Shown here: one piece after another, positions 1 through 11,705 of the stretch
How positions within the stretch are numbered: the stretch's first letter is position 1
How the letters are laid out: each line of letters opens with the position of its first letter
Assembly (NCBI GenBank): GCA_015680685.1
Contig: MNCI01002869.1
Coordinates: 124,697-188,696, forward strand
Reading direction: 5' to 3'
Source: Gnetum montanum
Lineage: Eukaryota > Plantae > Gnetophyta
DNA length: 64,000 nt
The notes under the pieces: model-generated
Seen by the model: the letters and a program-made list of their open reading frames with translations, nothing else
Told to the model about the DNA's origin: nothing
The model's database searches: none
Position numbers and translations under genes: made by a program

Positions 1-1683
1 GATCGTGGAGACCATCCTTGTCAATGAAAAATTTAGCAACACACAGAGCACAATGAGCATTACAACTATGTAAAAATAGTGGTATAACATGCCTAAGTAT
101 CTTCATAGGACTCATCCACCAGCATAGTATATGGTCCTAGTTGGATTATGGAAGAAAGTGCTCATGTGATGAGCGACAAACAAGGTGTTGTACTTATGGT
201 AACACCTAAATTCAAGCATAGCCCAAATCAAAGACAAGTGTCTCAAATATTTTGGGCACTAATTTGAGCTCCTGGCCCCTTATCCTTCAATAAATACATT
301 GGCCATAAAATTTAAGATGCCTCAATTTTCCCCAGGCAATAGCGTTTCAACCAGAACACCGACTGTCTCGGTTAACAACTGTGACCATACCATCACACTG
401 AAGTGGGGAAGGAGGAACTTTAGGAACTCTCGCATGCCTTCTCAAAACCAGGTCACCTAGTCCCCTACCCATGTTTGAGGAGGAGGAACATTAGCCACAG
501 GGGCACTTAGGTAGCATAGAACCCCTATCAGCTCAATCATGATCAAGATGGATTTTAACATGACCCTGGATGATGTAGCACAAAGTGTTGGTACATAGTA
601 TTCAATTGACGGTTACTGTATAGTGTAGCAGCTTTTGGTATGCAAGTTTTTCCTAAGTACAAAACATCATGCCCTTAGACTAGTGAGGCAAACCCAAAAT
701 TTGTGTCAAGTATTAGTTCATCATTTTGTAAATTGTCTTGTATAGTGTAGCAGTTGTGTTACATGCAGTGTAGTAGTGAAGTGCATGATACAACATAGCA
801 GGTACATCCCACGGAGCATAGAAAGCATAGCAGCATAATAGGTATGGTATCATAGAAGTGTAGAAGGCATAACAACATAGCAGGTATGACAACATAGCAA
901 GCATATCAACGTAGCAAGTATGGTAGTGTAGCAGTGTGATAGCGTAGCATAATAGGCACCAAAAACACAACACAGCCTATCAGTCACACTGACAAAAGTA
1001 ACATGGCCTGAGAAGGAACACACAATGTTTCCATAGCCCCAACCTTGTTCCACTGCATGGAATGTAAAAAAATAAAATATAAACCAAAATCTCCTTTACA
1101 TGTGTTATGCTGCCCAGAACATATGCTACACTACCTGGAAACCTTGCAAACTAGAACTTCCTTCATGGGTGCTACGCTACCTAGAATGTACAACACCTAG
1201 AACCTTCTAAACCCTAAAAATGATACATCATCCCATCCACAACAATGAGAAGCATGGCATAAACATGAAATAACCATAGCATAGTAGCTGCAGCAATGGC
1301 AGAGGCCATAACAACAAAATTCACAACGTAGCGATGGTAATGACTGTAGCTACTCGGGCATGGTGATTATAGTAATAGCCCCATTTAATAGATCGCACAA
1401 TGTAAGCAAGGGTAGCTTAGCAACTTACCAGGTAGACGATGCTTCCTCTTATTCCTCAAAGCACACCTTGGGGAGATACCACAAGGTGCATTCACCTTCA
1501 TCCACATTGGTGAGACCTTGATGCCTACGTTCACTCCTGCATGCCATTGCGACTTGTTGTTAAACTCAGGTGTATCGATCGCTACGTTGCAACTGCTATG
1601 CTACTTCTCTTTCCAAACTATGCTATGATTTAGGTGTTAGCTCTGATAGTGAAAATGAAAAAATTACCATGGGTAATCCCCTA
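1..1683 (+). mobile_element. Internal region of Tat-like gypsy element B (left of the element A insertion)
   Basis: Joins 14180 onward across the CCCTA TSD of element A. Rich in TAGCA/GCTAC motifs that also fill the B LTR (17198-19394). The B 5' LTR lies outside the window. Confidence 0.7.
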
Positions 1684-3008
1684 TGAAACACCACAAAATT
1701 ATGAGCTTAGCACTTCTCCAACAAAGATCGAGCTAAAGTCATGATGCTCCCCACCATGACTGAAGCTTAATGACCTTAAAGATAGCTTCAAATGGAGTCA
1801 AACTAAATAGGAAATGATCCCCTGGGATCCACAGAAGACAAAAATGACATCCAACATCAAACCTGTTAAATCTTGAGCCCAATAGACTTGGTTTTCACTA
1901 AGTATGCATCCTGTACGCCCAGCGTATGACTTCAAAGGTGACCCAAAACAGGCACTTTAGAGCAATATTTTCACAAGGAATTAAGTCTCAGAGATAGGGA
2001 AATTATTAGCCATCATCATGGGCACAAGAAAATTGAGTTTTAACCTTGAAATCATGCATTTTGAAGCTCACATGCTGAGCATGTACATCCTGGCACGCCC
2101 AGCGTACACCAGTTGGAGCCTTCCAAAACCATGTCAGATCGAGTCCAAATGAGCCCAAATTCGACAGGCAGCATTCTCATGATGAAAGGGCCAAATTCAA
2201 GATTTTCTATTGTAACAGTATATTCATTTGTAAAGTTCAATTCTCTTGCATTGGGCAAGTCTGTACGCTGAGTTCACACACCCAGCATGTACACGCTGGC
2301 ATGCAGCACGCTGTATAGTTGTAATTTTCTGTGCACTCAAACAATGTAGCCACATGTCACCTGACCTAAAATTCTCTTACCTATGGCCACTCATACCCTT
2401 CCAGATTCAAATCCAATGCCAAAAAAACTCATAAAAACCCCAATTTTTCACTGGATTGGGGTTGGCAATTTTGGGGCAAACAGGAGACAAAAACCTGAAG
2501 GTGCTTAGCAAATCAGAGAGGAACCCCATACGCTGGACTTCTACCCTATACATTGAGTATACAGCCTTCACACTATGCCTGCAGTTTAAACCAGCTAACC
2601 ATCATCCCTCCACATCCACTAGGGCTCTTCATCCACCTTGTGTCAGATCCACAACTCCGTTCAGATTGGTGCATTATAATCTCCACTTTTTCTTAAAATA
2701 AAGTTGCTTCATTTTTGGCTAAGATCTATTATAGTTTTCATTTATCTTTGTTTTCCCCTTCATTTATATTTCTGCATGCTTATGTTCTGGTTTATGCTTA
2801 TCACGTTGTTTACACATAACCCAGCGTAGTGCATATTGGCATACATTTGGGAAAATCCTTGTCTGATCTGCGTACGGACCATCCAAGGTACTCTACCTTC
2901 GTCAATTCTAGCTCGCCCTCAAGCGAAGGTAGAGTCTTCTATGCTCGTCTATAAATCATGTGATGCTTATCTTATTCCAGCCTTGCATCGATGATTTTGG
3001 ACAATACA
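1684..3008 (+). repeat. 5' LTR of element A (1325 bp)
   Basis: Runs TGAAACACC...AATACA and is a direct repeat of 12779-14174. I counted 16 mismatches in a 180-bp sample (2461-2640), 15 of them transitions. Confidence 0.95.
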
Positions 3009-3013
3009 GAAAA

Positions 3014-3030
3014 TGACACTAGAAGGAGGG
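3014..3030 (+). other. Primer binding site of element A
   Basis: TGACACTAGAAGGAGGG just after the LTR; a G>A-decayed form of the Tat-type PBS TGGCGCTAGAAGGAGGG. Confidence 0.75.
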
Positions 3031-3200
3031 CTTGAAACTGTTTAAATCTACTCTAATCTCATACACCCGCTTCCTGTGCTTTTGATGTACCACCTGGTTT
3101 TCTCAGATTTATATTACATCAACATTAAATCTAATTTTGAACCTCTCAAATCTATGTCCTATTCTGTAGCATTCTCAGCATTTACACACTGCCCAACGTA

Positions 3201-3310
3201 CCTGCACGTTGTAGACCCTGTCTACACGCTACCCAACTTACTTGCATGCTGTAGACCTTGTCTACACACTACCTAGCTTACCTACACGCTGTAGACCCTG
3301 TCTACACATT
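3201..3310 (+). repeat. 40-bp tandem repeat (~3 copies), each unit with a TGTAGAC-NNN-GTCTACA hairpin
   Basis: Units start at 3201, 3241 and 3281. Confidence 0.85.
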
Positions 3311-3766
3311 GCAACCACTTGCAACATGTTGACCACTCTAGCTTTACGCTGACAGTTGTAGTCTGCACACTGTGACCTTAGTTTACATGCTAGGATTAGT
3401 TTCTGTACGCTGGTCATTGAAGCCTGTATGCTGGGATCCAATCTATACTCTGTGTAAATAGGCTGCACGCTGCGAACTTAGGTGTACGCTGATAAGTACA
3501 CCCATTTCATACTTGACCAAATCCTCACTTATACCCCCTGACATTGTCTCCCTTCAACCTTGTTACATTTACAACCTTTGCATCATGAATACCACCAACA
3601 CCAATGTTTCAACCAAGTCCATTCTAGATACCGTTGGCCCCACGACGATGCCGATACCCATTATGCAACCCATAGGAGCCCACGGTGAGGTTAATCCCTG
3701 GGGACAGTTGGACAATAGAAATAGATACAAAAAATTAAGGAATCAAAATGTTTAAGAAATATATAC

Positions 3767-6352
3767 CTATTTCAGGGTGAGCTTGTTGGATGCGATTGAC
3801 TACCTCATCAATGATACCAAGGACAAAATCAATTTTACTCAGCATTTTGATCCAAGTAAATGTTCATATGTAGGAGATAGGTCAACTTCGGTGGTCATTT
3901 CCATAGGAGTCTTCATCATAGGTACTTCCAAACAGACATTGGGAATTGTCCTAGCTTCATCATCTTTACCTCGTAACAACAAAAACATAAAATTAAAACT
4001 TTGAATAATAGAAAGAACAATTCAAGAGTCAAATAAAAAAAACAAGGAGAGCACACCAAAATCTCTGTCTTCTTCCGGATTTGGAGGATCACCAAGGTCT
4101 AACCTTCCTCCAATGAAACCATCAAACATCTCGTCAACTCCATCCTAATCATCAATTTGACCCTTTTCTATGGTGTCTCCCTCCTGCTCTTTCGCTTCTT
4201 CCCTCAGAGGGTTAGGGACTTCCATCTCATCATTACCCACTTCATCCTCCTCATCTAAGTTCGTTGGGACCTCTTCCTCCTCGACAATCGGTTCTAAAAC
4301 ATCCCTTCTAACTTCAGGAGTTGAATCTAATGACATTCATAAGTTCAAAATCAGTTTCGGATAAATGGCTGGAAAATAATAATGATAATAAAATGAGCAT
4401 AAATGAGTGAACCAGGCTTACTTACCTTGGACTAGCATTTTAAATTGTATACGTTTCAACTTTGGTGCATCTACAGCTGGAGTGACCCCTCTAAAGCGCT
4501 TAGGTGTTTGAACTTTGGATTTTGCCTTCCCGATTGTTTCCTTAATCACTCGATCAGCTCTTCTAGTAGTATAGGGCACATCACCTAGTTCCGACCCTAC
4601 ACTGTCACATGTTTGAATTGAATGATCAGATGATCCCTACATTGTAATGGAAACCAATTCGTCAATCCCCTTGGAAGCATCTTGAGACTTGGTCACCTCA
4701 AATAAGTGGCGAATCCATGGGCAAGATAGTTGGTTACGATCCCTTAACACATACTTGTTGTCTACGCGAACAACTAGAAATTCAGCCAGTAGGCACAAGT
4801 AACTGACGAAGAATGCAAAGGTGAAGTGGGATTGTGCCTCAATGTTCTAACGCAACCTCACTATCTCCCCGTGAAAACCTGAAAGTAAGAACTACGTCCA
4901 ATTATAACGTACCCCAGTCTCTAGAATTGTGTGCATGATGCGCGAGTTCTACCCCAAAAGTCCTCACTTGGGATAGGGACTTGGGAAACACTCGTGCCTT
5001 GAATAGGGGGTACAGCTCATTGACTTCAGTCACTTTTGATTTTCCCTACATAGGAAATCCCTTAGCACCTTTAAGAACATCCAACCAGTCCTCCAATTCA
5101 CGGACAACATGGATCTCTTTTTGCACTCGATCCAAAATCACTCTAGCCCCATCTGCTGGTACACCGAAGAGGTTTGAAAAGAACTTCACTGATAGATGGA
5201 AAACTACTTTAACTCCCTTGACATGAGTGCTATAATGAGTAATAGCTTCGTTGAAAGAATCAATGATCACGATCATCTCGGTCATAGAGATATCAAGACT
5301 TAGGGCAGTAAATAACTCCATGAGGCCAGCATCGCTTAAACGACTAATAATATGTGGCAGTGCCTTGTCACGTAGCCATCATTGTGCATCACTGATCTTC
5401 TCAAATTTCATGGCTAAGGTGCTCTCAATTTGCCTAGTTGTGATGGTGACTCCACCCGGGGGAACACCCATTGTATGCATAAGGTAACACTATGGAGTCA
5501 ATATAATCAATGATATAGCAAGCAAACGTTAAGCCTCAAAAATACTATTACTTACCGTTGGATAATGGATTAGGGTCATTAGAAGTCAAATCAGCATCGC
5601 ATGGGAAAATTGGCCCACAATGGGACCAATCCCCATGCAACCACCCCCAAGCCTCACATTGTGCAAATGCCCTGGAGTATCATTTGTGAAAATGAATAAT
5701 GTCGCCCTTAGTCTGAGCTAACACTGCACCACGGAGAGTGGGATCCACCATGAAAGTCTCTAAGGCAGTATGAGCCAATGCAAGTCCATCGTCACCTATG
5801 CATACTCCTTCTTTATCAAATTGAGGCTTGCAGAGGAACTATGGTCAAAATGTGAACAACCACTAAGCATCAAAACAGAAATGATAAATTAAACAACCTT
5901 ACCTCTCTACCCTGTACAACATTCCAGGAGGATTCTGGAACAATGTGTGCGCACGAGTGGCCAGGAATAAGGTGCTATTGAGATAGTGAGAGCCATATCA
6001 CAATAGGTCCCATACATGCGATAATGGATAGGTAGATTTGGGCCCTCTAGAGGGACCGTCCTCAATCATAAGCGGTCCCTTGTCGATGTCCACCATGAAA
6101 GCCACAATGCCATTTGAAGATCCTGGTAACATAGTCTCAAGCACCCTCCATGCTAATTGTTCACTTAGGTGGGACCATATTACCATGCTGATTCTGTCTA
6201 GGATAAAGGCAAGGAATTCATAGGCTCCTTCTCTGAACCATACCCCATTCTGATCAATGATCATATCAGGAACTAGCTCGTCAGAATCAATCGGCCCAAA
6301 TCACGTTAAAACTCCAACAAGCCCCACCACCAAGAGGAAAGTTTTGGGATCC
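3767..6352 (-). pseudogene. Spliced antisense extra ORF of element A (plant gypsy accessory protein of unknown function, acidic C-terminus)
   Basis: Minus-strand ORF pieces 5998-6264, 5046-5321 and 4145-4336. AT-rich GT-AG introns at ~5902-5839, 5555-5490, 4425-4369 and 4056-3970; the last two junctions restore the frame (phase 1). Homologous to the minus-strand ORF at 57132-58193. Confidence 0.75.
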
Positions 6353-7102
6353 CTACAAGTATTCAAGAACCAAGGTTAATGAGCTACACAAAAATAAGGT
6401 TTTACGCTGGGGGCCAACACTTAGAAAAGTTCCCAAGGTTCATGCTCAGCATGCAGACCTTGCACGCTGCACGCTGGAACGTGGGTACACAAACCTCACA
6501 CGCTGAGCGTTTAAGCCCTATCCTATATGCCGAACATATAACCAAAAAAAAAAGTACCAAACATAAAATTCACCGTGCACAAAGGGACAGAATGTTGATG
6601 TTGGCCTGCACGCTAACATCTATGCTACGGAAACAAGACAAACCTCACACAATGTGCCAAAATCAAGAAAATTGACAGAAATAGTAAGCAAAAATACAAA
6701 TTTTGGCAGAGGATCAGGGTTTACTGGCACGATGATCTTGACCATGAGGGGATCATGGGTTTGGGTGGGCATCGGAGCATTGCCTTGCTTTCCTTCATGA
6801 AGGTCAAGCTAGCCTCCTTGCTTCCCTGGTCTTTCACTCGCTTGCCATTACCCATCACATTCACGCTGAACCTTGCACATTAGGGTTTTAACCCTGCACA
6901 CTACACTGAACCCTGCACGCTACGCTGAACCCTACATGCTGAGGATTTTGGTCCTCCCTGCAGGCTAAGGGTTTTGTCAGGATGTACATGCTGAATCCTT
7001 CCATTCAACTTGTCACGTCCTAATCTCTGCTGCATGAGCTACCTCCAATGCACCGAATCCTCGCCTACTCTCCCCCTGTGGTCAGATCCTCGCCTCCTCG
7101 TC

Positions 7103-7280
7103 GTGGGCCTGAGGTTCATGCTGACGCTGTGGGCCTAAGGTTCATGATGACACTGTGGGCCTGAGGTTCATGCTAACATCATGAACTTGAGGTTCACGCT
7201 GATGCTGTGGGCCCAAGGTTGACGCTGACTCCGTGGGCCCAAGGTTGATGCTGACATCATGGGCTAGAGGTTGACGCTGA
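7103..7280 (+). repeat. 26-bp tandem repeat (~7 copies) carrying TGGGCY motifs
   Basis: Unit is approximately GTGGGCCTGAGGTTCACGCTGACGCT. Confidence 0.85.
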
Positions 7281-7702
7281 AACTATCACCTGAAATTCAC
7301 ACCAACGCTACAAAATTGAAACTCACATTCACGCTGCAAAACTAAGTTCAAGTTCATACTGCAAAATTAAACTCATGTTCACGCTGCAAGATTGGGTTCA
7401 CGTTGCAATCACAAAAGTAGCTCACTCATTGGTTATGTTAAATTACTCTTATAAGTCCTCACGCTCCTCGTCACCCTTGCTGAAATCAACACTTTGAGTA
7501 TTTTTACTCCAACATAAAATGGAAATTTTACTCCAAAAATTGGTTAAACATTACTTGCATAGGACCTTCCCTCTCATATTGACTCACTTTAATTGAACTA
7601 AACATCTTGGTACACACTCTTCGTTTCGCAATCTCACACTCAGTAACAGTTACAAATTGCATAATCAATTAGAAATCATAAGCGAACAGCCATAACTGAC
7701 TC

Positions 7703-7779
7703 AGTAAGGCCTTAAACTATCACATTCGGCTCGGTAAGGCCTTAAATTGCCATGCATCTAGGTACGACAATAAATTACC
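7703..7779 (+). repeat. Three hairpin-motif copies upstream of element A pol
   Basis: Examples: GGTA-AGGCCTTAAAT-TGCC (7733) and GGTA-CGACAATAAAT-TACC (7761). Confidence 0.7.
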
Positions 7780-7885
7780 ACTGCATACCTTAGTCACTAT
7801 CAAACGTACACATGAGTTACATTGCTTGGAAAGAATAATAACCCGCCTAGCTCACTTTGCTCCCTATTTATTGGCAGGAGTAAGC

Positions 7886-10800
7886 ATGATTGATTGCAAG
7901 CATCTATTCACACCATTGACCATCAATGGATCATACAGAAAGATTGCAAGAGAAATCAACGTAAATTCTATCGACTTAGGTCCATCAATAGACGACACAT
8001 TTGTAGCCTCACTGCAACAAACATTAGACAACTATGAAAGTATGACCAAATCCCTAGACATAGAAGCTGATAGCATCACTGAAGACCTGTTAATTGACAC
8101 CCCCATAACTATGCCTGATGGTGAAGTTAAGGTATTAAAATTAAGCACACTATTACAACCTAAACTTGCCAAGGACATGGAACACGTGCTTCGTGAAAAC
8201 ATGAAAGCATTTTCTTGGTCTTACAATGACATGTCTGGACTAGATCCTCGCATTGTCCAACACAACATTATACTCGATCCCAAGTTAAGACTAGTGAAGT
8301 AGAAAGCACGCAAGGTCAAACCTGAGGTAGAACTGGTAGTTCGCAATGAGATTACTAAGCTTTATCAAGCTAGTTTCATTCAGGCTGTTTACTACATTGA
8401 CTGGGTATCCAACATGGTTATAGTCCCAAAGAAGAATGGAAGCATTCACCTATGCATAGACTTCAGGGACCTCAACATCACAACCATAAAGGATGACTTC
8501 CCACTACCTAGCATTGATCAACTTGTTGACTCAACTACGGGGCATGCACTGTTGTCTTTTATGGATGGCTTTTCAGGATATAACTAGATATGGATTAACC
8601 CAGAACATCAGCTCAGGATGACCTTCATGACATCATGTGGTACCTTTTGTTATACAATGATGCCATTCAGCTTGAAGAATGTCGGTGCCACATATCAAAG
8701 AGCAATGACATTCATTTTTAGCGATTACATACTTCATTCTCTCAATGATTATGTGGATGACATCATGGTTAAATCAAAAACACCAAAGCAACACATACAA
8801 GACTTATATTTGGTTTTAAAATGTTGTCTAAAATATGAACTTAGGCTCAACCAGAAGAAATGTGTCTTTGGGGTAAAAATGGGCAAGATGCTAGGCTTTG
8901 TAGTATCAGAAACAAGAATATGAGTAGATCCAAACAAGGTTAAAGCTATCACCAACTTGAAACCACCAAGCAACCTTACCGAACTTTGAGGTCTATAAGG
9001 TAGATTACAGTTCATCAGGCATTTCATAGAAAAACTAATGGACAAGTTGAAACCTATGAACCACTTGCTACGTAGGAATGTCCATTTTGAATGGACTTCA
9101 TAGTGCCAGGAAGCATTTGATAACATTAAAATGGCACTTGTTCAACTACCGATAGTCTATCTGCCTCAGAATAACAAACCATTCTATATCTACCTGGCCA
9201 CTTCAGATTCATCCATCGCATCTATGCTTTGCCAGAAACGAGATGATGGAATTGAAGTCCCTATCTATTATTTAATCCATGCATTAGTAGCCCATGAGAA
9301 GAGGTACAATGAGGTGGAGAGGTCGTGTTTAGCCCTTATCGTTTCCTTGAACAAATGGCGACATTATCTCTTCCACATCCAAGTCAATATAATCTGTAAG
9401 GATAATGTGCTCAGAGCCATCACGGGCAATCTCTACGAATCAAGTAAGATAGCTCGCTTGAAAGCCATGATAGCTAAATTTGACCTACACTAAGAAGTGT
9501 AGTCATCAGTTAAGGATCAAGCTATAACAACTCAAATGACTATATCACCAATGCATGATCAAGCAACAATAGAGCCAGAGTTCCCAGATGAAAATGTGAG
9601 TGCAATAGACATAGTGCCTGATAACTATGATGCCATCTTGAATTTTGATGGAGCATCCACCTCTCGAGGGGGAAGTGTCGCTACTATCATCACCTATCCC
9701 TCCGGGGAGATCCAACCCTTTGCTTATCGTTTCAATTTTTACTATACCAACAACGTAGCAGAGTACGAAGGTCTCCTTAGAGGTCTCATAGCGACACTAG
9801 CTTTCGACATCACATGACTCGTAGTTAGAGGTGAGTCACAGTTAGTTCTAAATCAAGTCATAGACGTTTACACATGCAAAGCACAACACTTATAACCATA
9901 TTGTGATTTGAATAAGCATTTGCTGAAGCGATTCCAAAACATAGATGTACACCATGTTTCCAGAAATGATAACACCATTGCAGATGCACTAGCTACGTTA
10001 GCCCTAAACTTAGCACCAAACATGTTCCACACATTGCCTAGTTCTATAATCAATTGCGCTAAACCCATAACTGATACTCCCGATGAATTACCGATTACAT
10101 CAGTTAGTACAACACACACAGTAGAATGGTATGATGACATAAAAGAGTACCTTCTACATAGTGAAACACCGCGACATCTAACAAATGTACAAAACGAAGC
10201 AGTACAAAACCATTCTCAACAGTATGCATTAGTAGGTGACATGTTGTGTCGTAGATCCTACGAAGGTATCCTGTTAATGTGCATTAGTAGCATTGATGGC
10301 TAGACCATTTTGGAGCAAGTACATGAAGGACTCTGCAGAGGGCACATAGTGCCCAAAGCAATGGCAACCAAAATAAGCTATTTAGTGTACTATTAGCCAC
10401 ACATGGAGTACAACTATTTCTCCAAGGTCAAAACATGTAATATGTGTCAAAAGTATGGTAATCTTATACATGTTCCACCCAACGAATTGCATACGGCTCA
10501 AATCACATGGCCTTTCCAGAAATGGGGGTTAGACATCATTGGACCAATAACTCCCCCATCTTCAACAGGGCATAGCTTCATTATAACCATGACTAAATAT
10601 TTCAAAAAATGGGTGGAAGCTATCCCCCTTAGGAAGACTACATCGAAACAAGTATGCAACTTTATCCTAGAAAACATTGTGACCGGCTTTGTCATCCCAA
10701 TGGCCATCATTACTGATAACAGACCACAATTCAGCAGTGTCGAAACAAAAACCTTCTGTGACAGCTTAGGCATTAAACATTCATTCTCATCCCCATATTA

Positions 10801-11365
10801 CCCTCAGAGTAATAGGTAGGCCGAAGCTACGAACAATATTGTCATCTCAGTGCTAAAGAAGATGCTTATGCAAAGCAAGAGAAAATGGCATGAACAGTTG
10901 GTATACGCATTATGGGCTTATCGCACTACACATCAGACTTCCACAGGTAAAACGCCATATAGTCTTGTTTATGGTTTGGAAGCTGTTTTACCTTTGGAGT
11001 TGTAGGTACCATCTTTAAGGATCACACTCTCCGGATTCCTCGATGAAAGTCAAAGAAATGATTTGCACATCGTTGACTTGGACTCGCTAGAGGAGGAATG
11101 CATGCGTGCACTCAATCAGATTGAGTGGTATCAGAAACAACAGCGACGACACCATCAACATGACATTCATAAGCGCCTGATCAAAGAAGGAGACCTTGTA
11201 CTTAAGACGGTCCGTGAACATGCGGACAAATTCGCAATGAACTGGGAAGGACCCTACTTTGTCACCAAGGCATACGACAACAAAGCATTTAAACTAACTG
11301 ACATGGAAGGAAATGAGCTTGCACACCTGACCAATCACTTGTACTTGAAACCGTTCTACATTTGA
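7886..11365 (+). pseudogene. pol: RT - RNase H - archaeal-type RNase H - integrase polyprotein of element A, with in-frame stops
   Basis: RT: FSWSYNDMSGLDP, DFRDLN, MDGFSGYN, MPFSLKNVGATYQR, YVDD. RH: YIYLATSD, YNEVERSCLA. aRH: LNFDGAS...TNNVAEYEGL...NTIADALA. INT: CNMCQ, WGLDIIGP, ITDN, PYYPQSN, and C-terminal NWEGPY. Confidence 0.95.
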
Positions 11366-11395
11366 GCATAAACTCAGGTACACGAACGTCCTGGA

Positions 11396-11705
11396 ATCAT
11401 GACAGTAAACTGATACCACAGAATGTCTTGGGATCATAATGGTAAATTGATACCATAGAATGTCCTAGAATCATGATGGTAAACTGATACCACAGTTCAT
11501 CTACAATGACAATAAACTAGCACCCATCTGGTATGACATTAAACTGCCACAGTTTCATCCACCGGAGCCCACTAAGACTATAAAATGGTTTGTCTCTCCA
11601 CAATCCGCCAAGACTATAAACTGGCAATGTACCATCTGCTACAATGCTAAACTAGCAACTTCTAATGGGTTATGACATAAAACTAACCTATGACTATAAA
11701 CTGGC
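11396..11705 (+). repeat. Array of ~10 hairpin motifs (4-bp stem, loop NGACNNWAAAC) directly after the pol stop of element A
   Basis: Stems ATCA/TGAT, GGTA/TGCC, ACTA/TGGT, GCCA/TGGC, GCTA/TAGC and GTTA/TAAC surround a shared loop; spacers vary. Confidence 0.8.

Noticed and set aside
2052-2701. Duplicated small ORFs (2052-2258/13218-13427 and 2456-2701/13552-13995)
   Set aside because: They lie within the two LTR copies and show no protein-family signal.
11396-11500. Hammerhead ribozyme / retrozyme (CTGA motifs)
   Set aside because: No CTGANGA...GAAA core with the required stems is visible.
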